Below are positions 53,893 to 64,000 of a stretch of DNA of 64,000 bases, piece by piece. Position numbers and translations under genes: made by a program. This DNA comes from Octopus vulgaris (lineage: Eukaryota). The stretch covers positions 49,600,001 to 49,664,000 of the forward strand of contig OX597828.1 of assembly GCA_951406725.2 (NCBI GenBank), given 5' to 3'. Each line of letters starts with the position of its first letter. Positions within the stretch are counted from its first letter, which is position 1. The notes under the pieces were generated by a model that was not told where the DNA came from, did not search any database, and worked only from the letters and a program-made list of their open reading frames with translations.

Positions 53893-56003
53893 TATGGTGT
53901 AGTGGTTAGCTGTTATGTGGTAACAGCTAACAAATAGTAAACGTGGTAACAAATAGCTGTTACATAGTAACAGGGCATGCTAGAAATAGCAGCCAAATCT
54001 TTCTGTTTCTGGAAAAAGGAGCCGTTTACATGTGATTTCGATGTCACATTTGTTGAAAGCATGCAAAATAACCTGGAAAAGAAAAAAAAGATGCATGAAA
54101 CAAAACTTCCTTGATGGGAAACTTTGAGGTCCCCACTACCCCTCCCACCTTTCTTTTCGGGAAAAAAGTGGCTTGCAGTGAGTTTGGAGGTCAGATACCT
54201 TGAATGCACCCAAAAAAATCTGTGGAAAAAATTATTCTACACCGAGGTACAAAATATTTACCGAAAGAATAAAATCTTGTACTGATTATACCTGTATTTT
54301 AATTAATTCAAATTAATGTACCTCATTTTGCAAAGTGGCAAAATTTTTATCAGCTGCCATCTGGAATAATTTTAGTCACAAATCAAACAGGTAAGATGCA
54401 TTAAGAATTTCAGTTTTAATGTTTATCCATAACGTTATTACTTTTACACCTGTTAATTAAATTTACCTGTCCATAAAAGCCAAATTTACTCAGCAAGATC
54501 AGCTAAAATTACATAACTAAACCAATGGTATATAAAACACCCTCTGACAAAATTGCAAATCTGTATGTAAAAAATTTACCAAGTTAGAAGCAAATATTGT
54601 GGACACTCCTCTTGAACCTGAATAATTCAAAATAATGTGCCGGATTGATATGAACACTATAGATGTTTTTAGGTGGTTTTTTTTTCTTACACAAATATAA
54701 AACACAGCCTCGCTCGGATTGGACTACACATGTGTTACTTTGACATCATCATACCATAAAATTTGTTTATGGAGAGAGAAATACTGAAAAATATCGATAG
54801 ATGTCAGTGAGAAAAAAATGAGGAGGGAGGTTTTGGTATATGCTAGAAACAACACATTTTCCTCTGAAATTATTAACACTATATATTTTAAACTGAAAAT
54901 GTTTCTCTCAGGGGTTTTAAGTGCAATTGAAAAAAAAAAGGAAGACCCAAATCGTTTCGAACTGGGGTAGTGAGGGAGTGGCGGGAGTGAAGAAAATTTT
55001 CTGAAATTTTTACTTTTTTTTTCATGAAAAGATGCCTCTCATCATTCTGAAGACTTTGGTGAAAAACATTGGAAAAAAATCTTCGTCAAAACAGAGAAAT
55101 TTCAACTTACATGGGCCATCTGAAACTCCTTCCAGAAACTCCACCCCACGCCCCCTTCCAAAACTTTTGCCTACATACTTTACTGTAATCTTAATCTACA
55201 CCATTTGAAAGAAATTTGTATAACGTTAATGGATTAACACTAACTTCTGTTACATTTTCAAAGAATTAACGGATTAACGATGTTAACTTTTTGATTAATG
55301 GTGCCCAGTTCTGTGTGTGTGTGTCATCATCATCGTTTAATGTCCGTTCTCCATGCTAGCATGGGTTGGACGGTTCGACCGGGGATCTGGGAAGCCAGAA
55401 GGCTGCACCAGGCTCCGGTCTTATCTGGCAATGTTTCTACAGCTGGATGCCCTTCCTAATGCCAACCACTCCGTGAGTGTAGTGGGTGCTTTTCACGTGC
55501 CACCTACACTGGTGCCAGGCGAGGCTGGCATCGGCCACGGTTGGATTGGTGCATTTTACGTGCCACCGGCACGGAAGCCAGTCGAGGCGGCACTGTGTGT
55601 ATATATATATATATATAAATATATACATACATACGTATATACATGGAGTTGCTATTTGACATCTGCAACCTAGCATCAATGACAACGTTGAGAGTTATTT
55701 TTTAAGGTCTGTATATCTCTGTTTCCATCACTGGCCACACTTGTATATACAAGAATTAGACAAAACTCATCAATTGTTTAATGGCCCACAAATATATTAA
55801 TTTTCAAGAGTTTTCAGAAATGATCCAAGATCTACAGAGAACATGCCAGTAGTCCACCTGTCACTGACCCGTGTATTAGAACATAACAGGGTTTCAAGAA
55901 ACTGGGGGTGGTCTGCATTGGTAAAGGATAATTATTAAGCAGTAAAGTTTTAGGGAGTCTGGATATGGTTATATTCTTTAATGAGAAGAACAATCTAATT
56001 TGT

Positions 56004-56641
<638 letters not shown>

Positions 56642-57252
56642 AATCTAGTTGTTACTGGATGGAATCTCAGTCTGAGTTAGAAAAGATATTTTTCAACAAA
56701 AGTGGGTTTTCAACAGGAATGAAAACCTGCAAGAACGAGATAAGAATATAGGTGTGGTGGTGGGGTACAAAATGTAGCAGGAGGTAATAATAATAATAAC
56801 AATCATCATCATCATCATCATCATCAACAACAACATCAACAGCAACAATATTTAATGTTCATTTTCCATGCTGACATGGGCTGGACAGCTTGACAGAAAC
56901 TGGCAAAGCCAGGTGTTGCACCAGGTTCCATAGCCTGTTTTGGCTTGGTTTCTATTGCTGGATGCCCTTCCTAACACCAACAACTTTACAGAGTGTACTG
57001 GGTGCATTTTACATGGCACTAACACCAGTGCTTTTTATGTGACACCAGCACCCACACCAATGCTTTTTATGCGGAACCTTGGTTTTAGGATCTCAATTCT
57101 GTTGCGGCAGGCAGGTCCTCTTGAGTACAGCATTGCAATACACATCTCAGTTCTCTATAATTTCCTTTGAGATCAACCTTCAATATTTTGATAAATCCAA
57201 ATTTCTTTATAGAGACTGCATTCTGTCGGTAGAGAAAAAATAGTAAAGTAAT

Positions 57253-58091
57253 AAATATCAGGAGAGCAGAGATTTACACATCCAGGTTTTATTATACACT
57301 TAAACAAGTCTTTCTTTGTCAGCCCCTACAAGTGTTTCAGCTACAATTTGTGCATCTTGGTGTTAATCATTGATGCGGCTTCATCAGGGTAAAATTTTTA
57401 CTGTATTTCAGATACCATCTGAATGGAGTATTAGCCCAACGAGAATTATTCACCATGCATATGGTGAATAGGCACAGAAGTGGCTGTGTGGTAAGTAGCT
57501 TGCTAACCAACCACATGGTTCCGGGTTCAGTCCCACTGCGTGGCATCTTGGGCAAGTGTCTTCTGCTATAGCCCCGGGCCGACCAATGCCTTGTGAGTGG
57601 ATTTGGTAGACGGAAACTGAAAGAAGCCTGTCGTATATATGTATATATATATATATAAGTGTGTGTGTATATGTTTGTCCCCCTAGCATTGCTTGACAAC
57701 CGATGCTGGTGTGTTTACGTCCCCGTAACTTAGCGGTTCGGCAAAAGATACCGATAGAATAAGTACTGGGCTTACAAAAGAATAAGTCCCGGGGTTGATT
57801 TGCTCGACTAAAGGCGGTGCTCCAGCATGGCCGCAGTCAAATGACTGAAACAAGTAAAAGAGTAAAAGAGTAATATGAATAATTCTGGTTGGGCTAATAT
57901 TCTCTTCAGATGGCATCTGAAATACACTTAAATTTTTCCCCGATGAAGCAACATTGGTTATTAACAGCAAGATGCACAATTTGCAGTGTGCTCTGGCATG
58001 CAGTGGAAACACGTGTAAGTACTGACAGAGAAAGATGTGATTAACTGTTTAACAAAACCTGGATATGTAAATCTCTGTTCTTCTGATATTT
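57253..58091. repeat. ~200-bp-arm diverged inverted repeat with a SINE A copy (57470-57870, +) at its centre
   Basis: aatatcaggagagcagagatttacacatccaggtttt...gcccaacgagaattattca is the reverse complement of tgaataattctggttgggc...aaaacctggatatgtaaatctctgttcttctgatatt. Confidence 0.85.
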
Positions 58092-58259
58092 ATTAATTTA
58101 CACACACACACACTAATCTCGAACAGTGACAGTGAGCACTCAACACCATGTCAGTGAATAAATTTCCTTAATTTATTGGTTAACAAGGCTACCATTGGTT
58201 TCACGCTGTGAAATCTCTCCATGAAACCAACGGTAGTCTTGTTATCCAGCAAATAAAGG

Positions 58260-58290
<31 letters not shown>

Positions 58291-60475
58291 CTAAGGAGAG
58301 GTAAAAAAAATAATAAAAAATTTATAAAAAAGCCTTCAGATCATGTTGTGAAGAAGTTTGTTTGTAATCCTTCCCGGGTTGATATAATTAAAGGCCCAGT
58401 AAAGTCTTGAGAACGATTTAATTGCAAATTATCCTAGATGTAAATTGAAATACAAAAAAAAAAACTGTAAGTATTGCGCAGATTTCGTGGCGGATAAGTT
58501 TGAGGTGGGGACATAACTGGAATGTTACACCGTGAGTGGAAAGTAAAACTTGTTTAATGTTTCTTGACATTAAAACTATTTTATTGTTTCTCTCTCTTTT
58601 GAAGGTAAGTTTATTTTATTTCGATGGCTTCGTCTTCAATGCAGCATTCGTTTTTCTCGAAGCTTATAAAAGAAGTTGCCATGCTTTTTCCGTCCTGAAC
58701 GTTTTATGCGTCGAATTGTTTAGAAATATTTCTAGATTTCCATTCTTTTAATCGAATTTCTTTGGCTTGGTTCGCAATAAACACACACTCATGTCTAACC
58801 CCAACCCGTATTAGGGGCTTTGATCCATTACCGAACCAAGAGAATAATTAGCGATTACTTGTCCATATCTCAAGGTAATGTTTATTTATATTTCCTCGTG
58901 TCTCTCCCCCACCAAATGCAACAACTCAAAAACCATTCCTCAGACACTCTGTGGTAAGGAGAAGAGATAAACAACCATTATAACACACTATTTGGTGTCT
59001 GTTTTACTAGTTTAGAGGTTTTCTTATTGTCTAAGACATTTTTATGGCGCTTCTTCGTTTCCGGGCCCCAACGAAAGGAGAAGATTTTTATCTTTTATAG
59101 GAATTGTTTTATTTTTTAATTTTTTTTTGTTGGTTTGTCTTTTTCAATGGACGAAAAGTGAAAGTATTATGAATTGTAGATATCGCTGAATTATTACTGT
59201 TATACGGCATTCTTACACCTGTCTAGACGGATTGCCTTTCATCCTTTCGGGGTCGATAAATTAAGTACCAGTTACGCACTGGGGTCGATGTAATCGACTT
59301 AATACCTATGTCTGTCCTTGTTTGGCCCCTTGTGGGTAATAAAGAAATAGGATGTGGCAGCCGAAAATCATGGAACGAGGGCGCGGAATTGGCGGAGGAT
59401 AAAAATATAAAAGATTGAATTTTTTTGAACAAAATTTCTTTCACAGAACGAAACAATCGTTGTATTCCTTGCTTTCTTCCTTTACCATGAAAGTTCACAG
59501 CGATTCCGTAAAGTCTGCCGATCAGAGTTTGGAAACAGGTTTACTAGTAAAGGATTTCCAAATACCTTTAAGACTGTTGACATGCTAGCTGTGATTGGGG
59601 CCCGTCGCCAGGGGTAGGGGCTCTGTCCCCCCACCCACTATTCAGTGGTGCACCCTCACATTTACAACAGACAATTTACGAAAATGTTCCCGCCATACGT
59701 TTATTGAAGTCTCACAAACTTTTCTTCTTAAATGAGAACAAATAATATATTTTTGGAAATAACAACGAAGAAGATGAAACAGAGTGACTGGTGAAAAATT
59801 CCCTTAGAAAATAATTAATAGAGGGGAAAATGATATTGAATGAAGGGAAAAAAGCAAAAATCGAAAAATATCGACAACAATAACAGCAGCAGCAATGACA
59901 AAAAACAAAAATAGCGCTGATGAAATCCAGATCTATATTCTACGAATGCGCAGAAGAATACCTACACATATGTACCACACAAACACATATGCATGTTTAT
60001 TCATTTATTAACACTTTATTAACACTGCTTCTGGTCCCATCTACACCCTCACACACGCATATGTATAGGGATTGCTGTTCGTACTGGCGCCATTTACACC
60101 AGATATTGACTACCTTAACATTCCTTGCAAAAACAAATACAAGTCAATTAAACTTCCCAGGGAAAAGAAACTGGTTCACGCGAACATTCAAACATATATA
60201 TACTTACATCCACACACACACACACAGATTTTAAAATTAGTTTCACTTAGAAACTCGTTTCGTTAGCTTGAGAATTTGAAGTCTTTCTTCGATTTTCATA
60301 ATTGTATTTTGCCATCACAACTTCATATATAACATTTATCTTCTCCGATCAAAATCTTGCAATAACTTAAGTGTCGGAACAAACATTTTGGTTAGTCTTT
60401 GAGAAGAAAGACGGGAGGAAGTCTTTCCGAATTCCCCGAACACTCAATTATTCAAAATAACTATTTATAGTTTGC

Positions 60476-60869
60476 TTTACTCTTTTACTTGTTTCAGTCA
60501 TTTGACTGCGGCCATGCTGGAGCACCGCCTTTAGTCGAGCAAATCGACCCCTTGACTTATTCTTTGTAAGCCCAGTACTTATTCTATCGGTGTCTTTTGC
60601 CGAACCGCTAAGTGACGGGGACGTAAACACACCAGCATCGGTTGTCAAGCAATGCTAGGGGGACAAACATATACACACACACTTGTATATATATATACAT
60701 ATATACGACAGGCTTCTTTCAGTTTCCGTCTACCAAATCCACTCACAAGGCATTGGTCGACCCGAGGCTATAGCAGAAGACACTTGCCCAAGATGCCACG
60801 CAGTGGGACTGAACCCGGAACCATGTGGTTGGTTAGCAAGCTACTTACCACACAGCCACTCCTGTGCCT
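60476..60869 (-). mobile_element. SINE family A
   Basis: Near-consensus copy. Confidence 0.9.
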
Positions 60870-61596
60870 TAGAAAATAATTTAATTAAGTTTTTCTTTTA
60901 AATTCTATTTTATTTTGCCTGAACTAAAAAAAAAATTAAAAAATCAAATTAAAAAGCAATGAAATGACAGAGATCAATAATCTTGTCTCTGCTTTGGGTC
61001 GGAAATCCTAAAACCTCCAAAACTTGCAAAAATTACGAGATTTCTTCCATTTCAAATCAACCACAGTTGACTGCATCTCCAACAATACACCATCCTTTAA
61101 TTTCTTTAGCAGCTGATGTTATACAACTTATAGAACTTGAAATGTTTCCTAAACTTTATTTATCTGCCATGTCAACCAAAATTTGTCAATGTATCACCCT
61201 AAACAATAAATTAATTAAAAAAAAAGGAAATGCGACTTCTGTGCTTTGTGGTTCAGTGGCAGACCTTGGTTAGAATTGTTAATTCATTCTAAGGCTGTTT
61301 TTTTGCTATTATAGTCATTTTTGTTCATCCCAGAATGATGACAGTAGTTTTAAAGTTGTAGGATATAATATACCAACTAGTATAAATGCTTTGTCAAAAG
61401 GCAAAGATTTTAGCATGCAGGAGAATTCTTTTGCACATGAAAATGCTATGAAAGGCAGAAACGCAGGGCAACTAATCAGAATGTATCTACAATGACAAAA
61501 AAATCGGTATTATTTACAATGTTGTAGAAGTGATTAAGTTTTCATGCTTTAATGAACTTGCACTTTGGTGTGATTACAATGAAAATGTCACCTGTC

Positions 61597-62014
61597 AGAT
61601 CTTTTCGGTTTGAACGGCAGTTTTTTAACATAATTTCCATGTAACTAAACACTTTTAAACTTCGTATACTGGTAGAATGTGTTTATAAAACATCTTTTTC
61701 TTTTGGCTTTATTGAGAAAATTCTATGGTTTGTAAGATATTTGTTGTTGTTTTTTCTTCAATTTCTACCAATCAATGACGTCTATTGAGGGGAAAACATT
61801 CTGTACCGTATGAATATGTCCCTCGTTTAAGAAACAGATTGGGTTTATTTACATTTGTGAAGAAAAAAAGATACCCTTCCCCCACCCCTAACCCAAACTA
61901 ACCCTAACCCTAAAACAGATTGAAATGCAATAGATCGATATTAGGGTCATAATTATGGGTGACAATTTCATATGACACCGCTAGAAAAAACTGCTGTTCA
62001 AACCGAAAAGATCC
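61597..62014. mobile_element. MITE (GGATC TIR family), opposite orientation, perfect 8-bp TSD cacctgtc
   Basis: TIRs and TSD are visible (61589-61596, 62015-62022). Confidence 0.92.
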
Positions 62015-62512
62015 CACCTGTCTTAACAGCTATAATAAAAATGAAGTTTCTCTGCTACTTTTATGGGTTTTTGAATGTACTCTTACACAAGATTCCAAAT
62101 TGAAAGGAATATTTTCAATGAAACCTAAAAATGCATCATACACATCTGTTATGATGCAAATTAAATTTTACAACTTATAAAAGATGTTTTGAATCAAATG
62201 AGTGATGATAATTATCACTCAGACATCCCTTTACAATTAATACTGAAAATTGTCCAATAGTTCTGAGGTTTGTAAAAGTAGGGATCGTATCAGAAAGTCT
62301 TACAGCTTTAATTATGAGCAAAGATTCTGGCTGAAATCTTGGCTAATGTAATTATTCAAAATACTGAAGATACTGAACTAAAGTTGGAAAGCACTTTATC
62401 TCAGTGCTTTGCTGGCTTCCTCAGTAATACCTGGCTGTACCTGTGATGCTCAGAAACTAATGCAACAGAAAATTATAAAGGATGTTATACAACTTATAGA
62501 TTATAAATTATA

Positions 62513-63178
62513 TAGGCGCAGGAGTGGCTGTGTGGTAAGTAGCTTGCTTACCAACCACATGGTTCCGGGTTCAGTCCCACTGCGTGGCATCTTGGGCAAG
62601 TGTCTTCTGCTATAGCCCCAGGCCGACCAAAGTCTTGTGAGTGGATTTGGTAGATGGAAACTGAAAGAAGCCTGTCATGTATATCATCATCATCATCTTT
62701 TAACGTCCGCTTTCCATGCTAGCATGGGTTGGACGGTTCAACTGGGGTCTGGGAAGCCAGGAGGCTGCACCAGGCCAGTCAGATCTGACAGTGTTTCTAC
62801 AACTGGATGCCCTTCCTAACGCCAACCACTCCGTGAGTGTAGTGGGTGCTTTTTATGTGCCACCCGCACAGGCGAACGGCCACGCTCGGATGGTGTTTTT
62901 TACGTGCCACCGGCACGGAGGCCAGGCGAGGCTGGCACGGCCACGATCGGATGGTGTTTGTTACGTTCCACCGTCTATATATATATATGTATGTGTGTGT
63001 TTATCTGTGTTTGTCCCCCCAGCATTGCTTGACAACCGATGTTGGTGTGTTTACGTCCCCGTAACTTAGCAGTTTAGCAAAAGAGACCTTGGTTTACAAA
63101 GAATAAGTCCTGGGATCGATTTGCTCGACTAACGGCGATGCTCTAACATGGCCGCAGTCAAATGACTGAAACAAGTGC
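62513..63178 (+). mobile_element. SINE family A with a family D element nested in its (TA)n linker (62685-62975)
   Basis: The head and tail halves of A flank an inverted D copy. Confidence 0.8.
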
Positions 63179-63627
63179 AAAGGTAATACAAGCTATAATC
63201 ATGCAATTAACTAAAATCAATTGAGAAAGAGGACAATAGAAAACAAAGACTCAAAAGTAACAAAGTTTTAAATGAGAAACAGCAAAAGTTGTATAGTGTG
63301 GGGATTCTGCACTGTAGTGGTAGCAGAGAAGCAGGCAATATCTACTTAGTACAGAAAGAGGGTCAAAAGAGATGAACACTAACTTCCACAAAAATGTGTA
63401 ATAGATTCTGTATATTTCTTGTGTATATATTGTTCTGTATATTTTACATATATATATTGTGTATATTTTCTGTATGCTGTTGTGTATAGTTCCTGTCTAA
63501 GTAGTAATGTATTTCTTGTGTATATATATATATATATATATATATTGTGTGTATATTTTGATTTCCTGTAAATAATGAAATTTACCTTCCCTTTTTTCTT
63601 TCTTTTCTTTTTTTTTTTCGACCTCAG

Positions 63628-63994
63628 TTACTCAGTTCCACAAAACAGAATTTGTCTTGGAGACATTCTGAAAACAAGTGCCTTATGCAGCCAGAGAATG
63701 GTCTGGAACATTCAAGCAAGGAAGATATAAAAATGTCAATTCTAGACAAAACTAGCGAAAGAAACTCTGGCGATGATGTTTCTTCTGCAGACTGTGAAAT
63801 GGAAGAAAAAGAAAGAAATTCGCAGAAACTCATGCCTGAATCCACGAAAGGTTCCAAAACTGAAGGGGACTTGAAATTAACATCTTCGAATCAGTGCAAC
63901 TTGAGCCATAAACAGAAATATAAAAAAAAAATTTGTGGTGGAAAACAAATGAAATTATTTCCTTCGAAAGAATCTGGCAAAATTTTACTAAAAG
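63628..63994 (+). CDS. Exon of an unidentified gene (Ser/Lys/Glu-rich, probably disordered); continues beyond the window
   Basis: Long polypyrimidine tract plus cag acceptor, 367-nt open non-repetitive frame, and donor g|gttagc. Confidence 0.65.
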
Positions 63995-64000
63995 GTTAGC

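Noticed and set aside
53170-54800. Several short minus-strand exon-like segments (e.g. 54467-54502) and RTGATGA boxes suggesting a snoRNA host gene
   Set aside because: No coherent ORF, and no matching D boxes or terminal stems could be established by eye.

Overview
Eukaryotic, AT-rich, repeat-dense genomic DNA, most likely from an octopus or other coleoid cephalopod. This is inferred from the tRNA-derived SINE families, the very long (TACA)n arrays and the invertebrate-type NDUFA13. Nearly all ORFs in the track are artefacts of microsatellites or SINEs. Real coding content, all on the + strand: (1) an intronless ZIP1/ZIP3-like zinc transporter with a very long TM3-TM4 loop (13411-15054); (2) a multi-exon gene for a ~344-aa protein with two degenerate macrodomains and a probable 24-nt microexon (~29281-41286); (3) a complete 4-exon NDUFA13/GRIM-19 (45696-51711); (4) an exon of an unidentified gene at the right edge. 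The most notable non-coding signal is a set of minimal type I hammerhead-ribozyme motifs (CUGANGA...GAAA-palindrome-UH) in several unrelated repeat families. One family is a tRNA-headed SINE-like element that occurs twice as a head-to-head inverted pair. Other elements: a MITE family with 8-bp TSDs and TTAGGG repeats, non-autonomous Helitrons, a decayed Chapaev3-like transposon interrupted by a solo LTR, two mariner relics, fragments of a REL-endonuclease retrotransposon, and several long inverted repeats. Coordinates were read by eye; repeat boundaries are approximate.
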